Positions 48,016 through 56,880 of a stretch of 64,000 nucleotides of DNA are shown piece by piece. The notes beneath the pieces were generated by a model, which saw nothing but the letters and a program-made list of their open reading frames with translations, did not search any database and was not told the DNA's origin. Source of the DNA: Gemmatimonadales bacterium (GTDB lineage Bacteria > Gemmatimonadota > Gemmatimonadetes > Gemmatimonadales > GWC2-71-9). Every line of letters begins with the position of its first letter. The first letter of the stretch is position 1. Location: contig DASYTD010000107.1 in assembly GCA_036002655.1 (NCBI GenBank), forward strand, positions 726 through 64,725, in the 5' to 3' direction. A program made the position numbers and the translations under genes.

Positions 48016-48817
48016 GGGTACGCAGCCGCACGTACCGTGCGTACAACGGAGGAAACAATGCCCGCGCGATCCCGCCGAGGCGCCTGATCAGCTGCACGCG
48101 CTGCCAGCCGCGGAACGCGACGAGCTGCCGGACCGTGGCCGCCGAGACGCCCGCTTTCAGAATCACGCGTCCCAGGATCCAGGTATCGCCGATCCGCTCC
48201 GGGGTCACGAGGGGCTCGGACGTGAACAGATAGCGAATGCCGCCGTCACCGGCCGATTCCAAGACGACGCGGGAGATGTCGCCCCCTGGGACCGACGCGG
48301 TAACGCAGGGCTCGCCGAGCAGCGCCTCGAGAATCGCACGGCTCACACGCCATTCCGTCGCCATCAGCTCGCGCGGCAAGTTGCAGAAAATGTCGGGATG
48401 CGTGTGCGAGTGCGTGCCCACGAGGTGGCCAGCGCTGCGCAGCGTGCGGATATCGGCCGGCTTGAGGAAGGTGCGCTCGCCGATGCGGCTGGTGATGATG
48501 AAGAAGTGCGCCTTCCACCCACGCCGCGCCAATTCCTCGGCGACATACATCGCGCTCGCGCCGCCGTCGTCGAAGGTGAGCAGCAGATGGCGACGCTTGC
48601 CGTTGCCGCAGAGATCGAGGTCCGACACCAGCTCCGGCTTGAGCGAGCCGCCCGCGATCGCGTCCATGTGGCGGCCGAACGCGCCCCGCGTCAGGGTGTA
48701 GGGCAGGGCTCCCGGTCGCTGAAAACCCGACGTCGTCGGATCGTCCGTGACCTCGTGATACATCAGGCCGGCAATCTCAGGCCGGGACACCAACCCTCGT
48801 CCCCCCCGTTCGGGCAT
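48005..48817 (-). CDS. Polysaccharide deacetylase (NodB homology domain)
   Basis: TFDDG motif (LLLTFDDGGAS) and His motif (HLVGTHSHTHPD). Confidence 0.88.
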   Translation of the reverse strand: MPERGGRGLVSRPEIAGLMYHEVTDDPTTSGFQRPGALPYTLTRGAFGRHMDAIAGGSLKPELVSDLDLCGNGKRRHLLLTFDDGGASAMYVAEELARRGWKAHFFIITSRIGERTFLKPADIRTLRSAGHLVGTHSHTHPDIFCNLPRELMATEWRVSRAILEALLGEPCVTASVPGGDISRVVLESAGDGGIRYLFTSEPLVTPERIGDTWILGRVILKAGVSAATVRQLVAFRGWQRVQLIRRLGGIARALFPPLYARYVRLRTRER

Positions 48818-48829
48818 CGCGTTGCTCCT

Positions 48830-49879
48830 TCAGCGAGACATCGGGACGGCGGCGGGATCGCGCCACCGGCCCCTGCCGAACAGCCCGTCGCGCAGGCCGC
48901 GAATAAAGCCGAACCCGTAGCTCAGATGCATCACAGGCAACGCCGCGGCGAGCGCGAGCGCGCAGCGCAGACTGTGTGAGCGCGCGACCGGCACGGCGCA
49001 CGCCGCGACGCCAAACGCGTACGCGGCGGCAATCGCCAATCCGGCGAACCCGGCTGGGGGCCAGAAGATCGCGCCGACGGCCGCGCCGAACAGCGCGGTG
49101 ACGAACATCGCCGGCACGAGCTGCCGCACCGTCATGATGCGCCCGACCTTGCGAGCCACGAGGGGCTTGAACGCGCCGTACTGGTAGAACATGCGCGCGG
49201 TTTGGCGCAGCGATCCGCGGGCGTAGTAGTAGCAGACGACATCCGGAATCAGCTTTACGCGGCCGCCGTGCCGAATGATCCGGTGGTTGAACTCATCGTC
49301 CTGATTGCGCACCAGCTCTTCGTCGAACATCCCGATGCGCTTGAACACGTCGCGCCGGAAGCAGCCGAACGGCACCGTATCCACGAACCGCGCTTCCTTC
49401 GCGCCGATGCGGAAATGGGCGTTCCCGACGCCAAACGGATGCCCCATCGCGATCGCGATGGCCTGCGACACGGCCGTGCCGTCCGCCGGGAGGGTGATCA
49501 AGCAGCCGCCCACATTGTCGGCGCCGCTCTCGATCAAGGCGCCGACGAGCCGCGGGATGTACTCGGGCGGATAGACGACGTGGCCATCCATGCGCACGAT
49601 GATGTCGCCCGTCGCGGCACGAATCCCGATGTTCAGCGCGGTGGGGACGATGCGTTGTGGATTGTCGAGCATCCTGATCCGCGGATTCGCCGCGGCGTAT
49701 TGCGCGATCAGCTGCCGCGTGCCGTCGGTGCTCATGCCGTCCACCACCAGCACCTCGAGCCGCTCGGCGGGATGTGCCGATGCGAGGATCGAGTCGAGGC
49801 ACGCCGCGATGTGCTGTGCCTCGTTGCGGCACGGCAGAGTCACGGTTACGCGGCGCTCCGCAGGTGGGGGCGTGATCAC
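48830..49879 (-). CDS. Glycosyltransferase family 2
   Basis: VTVTLPCRNEAQHI, VVDGMSTDGT and IVRMDGH (DxD-like) motifs. GTG 49879 overlaps the upstream stop (GTGA). The longer 514-aa ORF is rejected because its N-part overlaps the ligase gene. Confidence 0.85.
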   Translation of the reverse strand: MITPPPAERRVTVTLPCRNEAQHIAACLDSILASAHPAERLEVLVVDGMSTDGTRQLIAQYAAANPRIRMLDNPQRIVPTALNIGIRAATGDIIVRMDGHVVYPPEYIPRLVGALIESGADNVGGCLITLPADGTAVSQAIAIAMGHPFGVGNAHFRIGAKEARFVDTVPFGCFRRDVFKRIGMFDEELVRNQDDEFNHRIIRHGGRVKLIPDVVCYYYARGSLRQTARMFYQYGAFKPLVARKVGRIMTVRQLVPAMFVTALFGAAVGAIFWPPAGFAGLAIAAAYAFGVAACAVPVARSHSLRCALALAAALPVMHLSYGFGFIRGLRDGLFGRGRWRDPAAVPMSR

Positions 49880-51312
49880 GGCCGGCTCGCTCGTCTCACG
49901 CCTGCGCGCCCGACGCCGGCGCCTGCCATGCGACCGGCGAGGGCCGCCGTGCGCTCCTCTGGTGACAGCTGACACACGATGGTCCGCAACTTGCCGTTGG
50001 AAGTGCGCGGGACTTCGCTGACACGGTCCACGATCACCCGTACATCCCCCATGCGCTCCTGCAAACGCTCGACGATCGTGCGTTCGGTCACCGTGCTGAA
50101 TCCCGGCGCGGGCGTGACCCGCACGCGCAGCACGTCGAGATGCTCCTGAATGATTTGCGACTGACGCAACGGCAGTCCGTAGAAGACCGGATTCAACCAG
50201 AACACCGGCCGTCCATCGGGCGTGATCAGGACATCGTTCATGCGGCCTTCCACGCGACCCATGGGCGGCAAGCCGCGCCCGCACGCACACGGGCCGTTCC
50301 CCTGCGGCGCCTGGGCGCGGTCGCCGACGCGATAGCGGATCAGCGGCATGTCGGGATTCAACAAGCCGGTGCAAATCAGCTCACCGTGATCGTGCAGCTC
50401 GACGTGCCCGAACTCGGGCCACTGATGCAGCCGCCCGGCCGAGCATTCGCTGGCCGCCGCGACCGATTCCGCCATCCCGTACGTTTCGCGGACAGGGCAC
50501 TGGAATGCCGCGGCGATCGTGCGGCGCTGCTCCGGCAGCATCGGCTCGGCGTTCGTGTACACGGCGGCCATCCGAAGGTCGGTTCGGCCGAGCCGCACGA
50601 CTTCCTGCGCGAGGGCATGCGCCGACGAGGGATAGGACGCGAGGTACACGATCTTATAGCGCGCCAGCGCGTCGAGGTAGTACGGAATCAGATCGGGCGC
50701 CAAGTGGAATGACGACAGGTAGAGCTGCCGCATCGCGGCGTTCCACACCCAGAACGGGGGCCGCCGCTGCCGCACTGGAGTGACGAGCTGCCCACCCAGC
50801 CGCGCCCAACGGACGTGGGTGGGAATGCCGTCCCAGCGGCCCGTTCGCGCGTCGGCGATCGCGTGCAGCGTCGCCACCGTGGTCTTGGTCCGCCAGATAT
50901 CGAGCGGCTTTCCCGTCGTGCCGCTGGTCTGTTCGTGGAACATGTTGCGCGGGTCGCAATCGTCGGCGACGAAGGCGCGCGCAGTGGCGCGCACCTCGTC
51001 CTTCTCGAGGATGGGCCAGTTCTCGAGCATCTCCCACGACGCGCGGTCGCCGCGGCGGCGCCGCGCCTCCCACTGATCACGGTAGTACGGCACCCGGGTC
51101 GCGGCGCGATGCAGCACATAGGCGATGCGTTCCTCGCGCCACGTGGCCCACTGCGCCGCGGTCCAGGCGTCGCGCGCGAGCGCTTCTTCGATGAGCTGCT
51201 CGCTCTCGGCGCCGTAACGCCAACGCTTCAAGTACCAGCCCCGCAGCGTGGCGGCGGCGGAGCGTACGCGCGGAGGCAGGCGATGGTAGAGGCGCAACAG
51301 ACGGCTGTTCAT
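49876..51312 (-). CDS. PaaK / coenzyme-F390-synthetase-like adenylate-forming ligase (CapK-like), copy 1
   Basis: Adenylation P-loop EQTSGTTGKP and YGMAES. The C-terminal SNGKLR contains the conserved Lys. This family is commonly found in capsule/EPS loci. Confidence 0.85.
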   Translation of the reverse strand: MNSRLLRLYHRLPPRVRSAAATLRGWYLKRWRYGAESEQLIEEALARDAWTAAQWATWREERIAYVLHRAATRVPYYRDQWEARRRRGDRASWEMLENWPILEKDEVRATARAFVADDCDPRNMFHEQTSGTTGKPLDIWRTKTTVATLHAIADARTGRWDGIPTHVRWARLGGQLVTPVRQRRPPFWVWNAAMRQLYLSSFHLAPDLIPYYLDALARYKIVYLASYPSSAHALAQEVVRLGRTDLRMAAVYTNAEPMLPEQRRTIAAAFQCPVRETYGMAESVAAASECSAGRLHQWPEFGHVELHDHGELICTGLLNPDMPLIRYRVGDRAQAPQGNGPCACGRGLPPMGRVEGRMNDVLITPDGRPVFWLNPVFYGLPLRQSQIIQEHLDVLRVRVTPAPGFSTVTERTIVERLQERMGDVRVIVDRVSEVPRTSNGKLRTIVCQLSPEERTAALAGRMAGAGVGRAGVRRASRP

Positions 51313-53552
51313 GCCGGCCCCCCCCTCCGTGTACCCGCCGTCAGCGCGGCCATCAGCGGCAGCAGCGACAGTCGTGCGGCGCTGTGCCAGCGCCCCGATT
51401 CCAGCGTCGCGCGGAAATGTTGGAGGTACAAGCGGGCAGCCGCCGGGACCGGCGGGAAATACCGCTCCGCCCTCCGTTCGTCGGCGATCGTCTCGAATCG
51501 CGCGAGCGCGTCGCTCGGGAGGAGCGAACGCTGCGCCAGCGTCCGGTAGATGCCGTCCACGTACTGTAGGTAGCAGCCCACGGCGGGGACGATGCCGATG
51601 GATAATGCCGTGGCGAAGAGATAGTCCCAGTCCACTTGTTCCTGCCGAATTGCGTCGATCACGCTGTAAACGTCCGACAACCGGAACGCCGGACGCGTGT
51701 AGAGCTGATGCATCGCGAGCAGCAATAGCTGATCCGTTCGCGACGGCGCGAGGCAGCTCATGGTCCCAGCCGCCAAGGGGCGCGCACGCGCGAGCAACAG
51801 TCGGGCGTAGCGCGCATGCTCTCCCAACCGGCCGATCCGGCCGTGGCGGATGAGGATGCGATTGCCGTAGGCGGCGGTGTACAGGGTAACGTTTGCCAGC
51901 CGCTGGTGCAGCGGTGCGCGCCTGGGTGCGGCGGGCACGTCACCCAGAATCACCTTGTCGCTGCCGGAGGTCGGATGCCCGACCAGCAGCTCGACGGTGG
52001 GCTGCGCGTCGGGATAGGACTCGAGCGTCCGCAGGAACGCGTGCGCGATCCCCAACCGGTGGCACGCGTCGCTCAGCTGCGCCACGAGCTCGAGGACGCG
52101 CTGGGCGCTGGAACAGGCCTGCGCCGCCGCGGCGCTGAACTTCGGTGGCAACGGCTCGCCGCCGGCCTTGCTCGAGATCGCGTCCGCTACGCGCACGAGG
52201 GCGCCGCCGCGCTGCGCGGCCCTGCGCAGCTCACTCCAATCCACGTGGTCGAGGTCCCGTGGTGGCCGGGCGAGCAGCAGCTCGAGTGCCACGAGGTCGT
52301 CCGGCTGCTTCTGTGCCGCGGGCGCGAGTCGCTCGCGGCGTGTCGAGCGGAGCAGACCGGCGAGCGTCGCGCCGTTGCGCCAGAGGTCGTACCGCTCTTC
52401 CGCGCGCCGGCGGGCGCGCGCCGCGATGCGCTGCCGCTCCGGCTGATCCTGAAGCAGACGGCCGATCGCGGTGGCGAGCGCGTCGGCATTCTTGGGCGGC
52501 ACGAGCACGCCGCACCCGCCTTCGAGCGCGTCGGGAATGCCCGCGACATCGGACCCGATCACCGGCGTTCCAACCGCCATCGCCTCCCGCACGACATTCG
52601 GCAGGCCATCGCCGAGGCCGTCGGACGGATGGACCAGCAGCGTCGCCTCGCTCATGGTCTGGCGCACCTCGGCGAAGGGCAGCCAGCCGCGGAACTTCAC
52701 GCGATCGCCGATCCCGAGCTGCTCCGCCAGCGCGGCCAGATTGCGCTGCTCCTCGCCTTCACCGACGAACTCGACGACGACGTCCGTCCCGCGGCCCCTG
52801 AGCAACCCCGCGGCTCGCACCAGGTAGTCGAACCCCTTGTGCTTCGCCAGACGGCCAACGGCGAGGACGTGATTGTGCCGACGTCCGTCGGTGCGGTACG
52901 GAAACGACGCGATGTCGAGCCCGTGATGACAGACGTGAATTTTGGGTGCGAACTGCGGCGCGATATCGGCGAACGCTTGCTTCATGTACCCCACGTTGAA
53001 CTCACAACAGGTGATGATGTTGTCGGCATACAGCAGCTTCTCACGCAGAAACACCGGGGTCCGATACAGATCGGTGCCCGCATGCAGCCAAATCGAGAAC
53101 GGCACATCGGGGACGGCGAGCCGGTGAAACGCGTAGGCGCAGGTCCCGGCGTAGTTGCCCCAGTACGCGAGGACGTGATCGTATCGCGTCTGCGCCGCGG
53201 CCCAGGCCCACGCCTTCGGCAAGACGTAGGCCGTCTTGGCAAACGGCACCGGCCCGTGACGCAGCGCGCTGGCGAGGACGGCCCGCATGTCGCGGCGCAA
53301 CGTCGCGCCACCCGAGCGCAGCAGCTGTATCGCCCCGCCCAGGCTCTCGCCGAGCCGGGCGTGGTGCACGCGCTCGCGCGGCAGCTGGTCGGGTCCCAGG
53401 AGATCGAGCGAGTGGTGCCACAGCGAGGCGTCGAGCGGCGCGATCGAGAACACGTCGATCTCCACGCCGGCTTCGATGAGCGCGCGCATGTCCCGCTCGA
53501 AAAACGTCGCGACCTGAGCCGGATACCGGCTCGTGAACACGGCGAGTCTCAC
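51309..53552 (-). CDS. GT4 glycosyltransferase (WcaL-like, about aa 1-400) fused to a degenerate nucleotidyltransferase-like (NTP_transf_5-like) C-terminal domain
   Basis: The GTG 53552 start (VRLAVFTSRYPAQVATFFERDM) is paralogous to MRLAVFTSKYPA of the gene at 58145, with a GTGA overlap to the upstream gene. GT1 motif LLVHPSDGLGDGLPNVVREAMAVGTPVI. The C-terminal about 340 aa resemble the N-domain of the 62379-63827 protein, but have TVELLV where that protein has DIDLLV. Confidence 0.75.
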   Translation of the reverse strand: MRLAVFTSRYPAQVATFFERDMRALIEAGVEIDVFSIAPLDASLWHHSLDLLGPDQLPRERVHHARLGESLGGAIQLLRSGGATLRRDMRAVLASALRHGPVPFAKTAYVLPKAWAWAAAQTRYDHVLAYWGNYAGTCAYAFHRLAVPDVPFSIWLHAGTDLYRTPVFLREKLLYADNIITCCEFNVGYMKQAFADIAPQFAPKIHVCHHGLDIASFPYRTDGRRHNHVLAVGRLAKHKGFDYLVRAAGLLRGRGTDVVVEFVGEGEEQRNLAALAEQLGIGDRVKFRGWLPFAEVRQTMSEATLLVHPSDGLGDGLPNVVREAMAVGTPVIGSDVAGIPDALEGGCGVLVPPKNADALATAIGRLLQDQPERQRIAARARRRAEERYDLWRNGATLAGLLRSTRRERLAPAAQKQPDDLVALELLLARPPRDLDHVDWSELRRAAQRGGALVRVADAISSKAGGEPLPPKFSAAAAQACSSAQRVLELVAQLSDACHRLGIAHAFLRTLESYPDAQPTVELLVGHPTSGSDKVILGDVPAAPRRAPLHQRLANVTLYTAAYGNRILIRHGRIGRLGEHARYARLLLARARPLAAGTMSCLAPSRTDQLLLLAMHQLYTRPAFRLSDVYSVIDAIRQEQVDWDYLFATALSIGIVPAVGCYLQYVDGIYRTLAQRSLLPSDALARFETIADERRAERYFPPVPAAARLYLQHFRATLESGRWHSAARLSLLPLMAALTAGTRRGGPA

Positions 53553-54751
53553 ACGCGGCTCACCGTTTTGTCGCCCGTGGCGAGCGCGATGGCGAAGGCA
53601 AGCCAGAGCACCTTCGAGGCGATCCACGTGCCGCTCACGCAGCCCATGAGCGCCGTCATCAGCATCGCGAACGGCAGCATGCCGCACGGACCCTGGCGGG
53701 CGCGCCACGCGCTCGCCACGCACAGACCCAGGCCGATAAAAAACGGCAGCGTCCCCAGGAAACCGGTGGAGGACATCAGGTCGAACACGATGTTGTGCGC
53801 GTCGCGCTTGTCCTTCTTCTCTTCGCCGATGCGGGCCGCGATCTCGAACTGGTTCTCGATCGGTCCCCACCCGAGCAGCGGGCGCTCGCTGATCATGCCG
53901 ATGACGGCGGGATAGATCCGCTCCCGGCCGGCGAGCGAGCCTTCCTCGGCCGCGGCTTGGAGGCGCACCCGCATCATGTCGGATTTGAGCACGCCGAACG
54001 CCACGACGCCGAGGGCGAGGACGCCGATGCAGAGGCCCCGGATACGAGCCGCCGTGGTGCGGCCCAAACCGACGGCCCAGATCAGCAGTCCGAACGCCAA
54101 GGCGACCAGTCCGCCCCGCGATCCCGTTTGAATGATCGCGAGGCCGGTCAGCGCTCCGAGCGGCCAGGTCAGGACGCGCGGACGCAGGCTCAACAAGGTC
54201 ACGGCGCCCGCCGAGAGCACGATCGCGCTCCAGTTGGGGTTCTGCCCAAACGCGGTGACGCGCATGCCGCCGGTCCAGACTTCCCGCGCCGTGGCCCCGA
54301 TACCGAGCAGCTGCATCCCCGCGCGCACCGCCACCGCAAACGCGAACGTGATGATCACGCCGCGGAGGACGGCACGATCGCGCATCAGATTGGAGCCGGC
54401 CCAGAGGATCAGCACGAGCTGCAGCATCAGCAGGAACAGCTGGAGAATCAGCAACGTCTGCGAGCTGCGATTCACCAGCGTGCTGAGCCCGAACATCCAC
54501 AAGTAGGTGACGAACCAGAGCACCGCCCCCGGGATGCGGCGATAGCTCGCGCTCGGTTGAATGATCGTGAACAGCAGGAAGATCGCGCCCGTGATCGTGG
54601 GGATTTCCACCGGGAACGTCCGCTGGGGCAGCTCGAACGGAATCGACAGGACGAAGAGGTACAACGCGGCGCGCACGAACGGATTGACGGCGCTCTTCGC
54701 TCCGGCGGCGACGTACGCGGGAAACGACGCGACGCCGGCGTTAGTGGCCAT
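53549..54751 (-). CDS. O-antigen ligase/polymerase family membrane protein (Wzy-like)
   Basis: About 10 TM segments with a central periplasmic loop region (IIQTGSRGGLVALAF...) typical of the Wzy_C/O-antigen ligase family. Confidence 0.75.
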   Translation of the reverse strand: MATNAGVASFPAYVAAGAKSAVNPFVRAALYLFVLSIPFELPQRTFPVEIPTITGAIFLLFTIIQPSASYRRIPGAVLWFVTYLWMFGLSTLVNRSSQTLLILQLFLLMLQLVLILWAGSNLMRDRAVLRGVIITFAFAVAVRAGMQLLGIGATAREVWTGGMRVTAFGQNPNWSAIVLSAGAVTLLSLRPRVLTWPLGALTGLAIIQTGSRGGLVALAFGLLIWAVGLGRTTAARIRGLCIGVLALGVVAFGVLKSDMMRVRLQAAAEEGSLAGRERIYPAVIGMISERPLLGWGPIENQFEIAARIGEEKKDKRDAHNIVFDLMSSTGFLGTLPFFIGLGLCVASAWRARQGPCGMLPFAMLMTALMGCVSGTWIASKVLWLAFAIALATGDKTVSRV

Positions 54752-55475
54752 TGCGATGGCGGGTAAGCGTCGCCCGCAGCCGGGCGGCGCTCCGATTGAG
54801 GTGGCCGTCGGTCCGCACCTCGTCCACCGCCAACTGCCCGGTGCGACTCAGCTCGGCGATGACGGTGTCGAATGCCTTCCGGAAGCCGGCCGCGAACCGC
54901 CGGATCGCGACGTCGCTCCCCTTCATCATGCGGTGCTTCTTGGCGCGGGTGCGAATGCGGCCGGCCAACGTCGTGTCGCGCGCGTCGAGGAAAATCACGG
55001 AGTCGAGCAGCACGGACCACTTGGCGAGGGCGCGGCGGCGCCATTTGGCGGGCGCCTGCGCGCCACGCTTGGCAAACGAGAGATCGAGCCAGCTGATCCC
55101 AAACACCGGTCCCTCATCGAGGAGGATGATTCGATGCCGCGACTTCTCGCGGCGCAGAACACGACGTAACGCATCCAGCCGGATCATGTGGGCGATTTCG
55201 CGCCAGCGCAGACGGCGCTTGCGCACGGCTGCCACCACGATCGTGGGAACGAGCGCGAGGGCGCCCCTGACCAGACGCGAGCGGGGGAGCCCCCAGATAC
55301 TGAGTCCGACATGCACGCTGGAGTCAGCGCGGTGGACATTCTGGGCGAGCGTTGTTTTGCCGGCGCCCGCCGGACCCACCAACTCTACGACCACTGACCC
55401 ATTCCTCTGTGATCCACCCCGCTGCTGTGCACGAAGCGGGCCGCGCCGAGCTCCTCCCGGGGATTTAGTTCGCAT
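54741..55475 (-). CDS. Uncharacterised P-loop NTPase/kinase-like protein, copy 1
   Basis: Walker A GPAGAGKTT and Walker B-like IILLDEGPVF. It is a paralog of 61708-62382, and both end in RNGH. I cannot name any characterised family. Confidence 0.6.
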   Translation of the reverse strand: MRTKSPGGARRGPLRAQQRGGSQRNGSVVVELVGPAGAGKTTLAQNVHRADSSVHVGLSIWGLPRSRLVRGALALVPTIVVAAVRKRRLRWREIAHMIRLDALRRVLRREKSRHRIILLDEGPVFGISWLDLSFAKRGAQAPAKWRRRALAKWSVLLDSVIFLDARDTTLAGRIRTRAKKHRMMKGSDVAIRRFAAGFRKAFDTVIAELSRTGQLAVDEVRTDGHLNRSAARLRATLTRHRNGH

Positions 55476-56880
55476 GGGCGACCGCGGCGCTCATGCTCCG
55501 AGCGAGCGCGTCTTGACGCTGCGCCGCAGTCAGCTGGCAGAGGACGGCGCGCAGCTTTCCGTTGGCACTGCGGGGAAGGACATCCACGCGCTCGACCAGG
55601 ACCCGGACTTCGCCCATCCGCTCGCGCACGTTCACGGCGATGCTGCGTTCGTGAGCATCCGAGAAACCGGGGGCGGGGGCGACCCGCACGCGCACCAGGT
55701 CGAGCTGCTCCTGGATGATCTGCGCCTCGCGAATCGCTTCCATACCGTCGAAGATCGGGTCGAGCGATCCGATCGTTCTGCCATCGGCGGTGACCAGCAC
55801 CTCATCGCTGCGCCCTTCAATCGTCTCGAGGGCCGGCAGCGTCCGCCCGCAGGAGCAGGGCGTCGGATTGGCGACGAGTCGTCCGCGATCCCCCACGCGG
55901 TAGCGGATGAGCGGCATGTCGGCATTCAACAAGCCGGTGCACATCAGCTCACCGTCCGGGAGCCGCTCGATGTGTCCGATCTCGGGCCACTGGTGCAGGC
56001 GGCCGGCCGCGCACTCGCTTGCCGCGGCGACGCTTTCCGCCATGCCGTACGTCTGGCGCACGGGACACTGAAACGCCGCCGCCATCGCCTGACGTTGTTC
56101 GGGCGAGAGGGCTTCGGCGTTGGTATAGACGGCGAGCAGCCGCAGATCGCGCCGTCCCAGCCGGATGGCTTCGCGCGCCAAGGCCTGGATCGCGGAGGGA
56201 TAGCCGGAGATGTAGGCGACGCGATACCACGCCAGCGCGTCGAGGTAATGCGGGATGAGATCCGGCGCGAGATGATACGATGACATGTACAACTGCCGCA
56301 TCGCGGCATTCCAGACCCAGAAGGGCGGACGGCGCTGCGGCACGGGTGTGACGAGCCGGCCACCGAGTCGCGCCCAACGGGCATTCTGCGGAACGCCATC
56401 CCATCCGCGCGTGCGCGTCGTCGCGATCGCGTACAGCGTGGTCAACGTCGCGCGCGAGCGCCACAGCTGCAGCGGCGTGCCGGTCGTCCCGCTGGTTTGC
56501 TCCGGCAGCATGCGACGAGGATCGCAGTCCTCCGCCAGGAAGCCGCGCGGGTTGACGCGCAACGGCTCCTTCTCGAGCAGCGGCCAGTTCTCGAGCAGCT
56601 CCCACGAGGCCTGATCGCCGTGGCGGCGGCGCGCCGCCCAATACTGGCGGTAGTAAGGAACGGTCGTGGCGGCGCGATGCAGGACGAACGCCAGCCGCTC
56701 CTCGCGCCAACTCTGCCACTGCGACGCGCTCCAGCGGTCGCGTTCCAGGGTTTCCTCGGCCAGCCGCGCCCGCGCGGCGCCGCTGCGCCAGGCCTTGAGG
56801 TACCACCCGCACAAGCTGGCGGTCAGCGTCCGGGCGGTCGCGGGCAGCGCGTGATAGAGCGAGAGGAGATGGGCGTTCAT
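55465..56880 (-). CDS. PaaK / F390-synthetase-like adenylate-forming ligase, copy 2
   Basis: EQTSGTTGTP, YGMAES and ANGKLR motifs. Long identical blocks are shared with copy 1 (RRPPFWVWNAAMRQLY). ATG 56880 overlaps the upstream stop (ATGA). Confidence 0.85.
   Translation of the reverse strand: MNAHLLSLYHALPATARTLTASLCGWYLKAWRSGAARARLAEETLERDRWSASQWQSWREERLAFVLHRAATTVPYYRQYWAARRRHGDQASWELLENWPLLEKEPLRVNPRGFLAEDCDPRRMLPEQTSGTTGTPLQLWRSRATLTTLYAIATTRTRGWDGVPQNARWARLGGRLVTPVPQRRPPFWVWNAAMRQLYMSSYHLAPDLIPHYLDALAWYRVAYISGYPSAIQALAREAIRLGRRDLRLLAVYTNAEALSPEQRQAMAAAFQCPVRQTYGMAESVAAASECAAGRLHQWPEIGHIERLPDGELMCTGLLNADMPLIRYRVGDRGRLVANPTPCSCGRTLPALETIEGRSDEVLVTADGRTIGSLDPIFDGMEAIREAQIIQEQLDLVRVRVAPAPGFSDAHERSIAVNVRERMGEVRVLVERVDVLPRSANGKLRAVLCQLTAAQRQDALARSMSAAVAHAN

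Noticed and set aside
51309-54500. The 1063-aa, 514-aa (48830-50374), 501-aa (55465-56970), 459-aa (56877-58256) and 702-aa (58168-60276) maximal ORFs taken at face value.
   Set aside because: Their N-terminal extensions overlap the upstream gene out of frame and are compositionally aberrant. Paralog comparison (MRLAVFTS / VRLAVFTS, MNSRLL / MNAHLL, MCGIAG) and start/stop overlaps pinpoint the internal starts.
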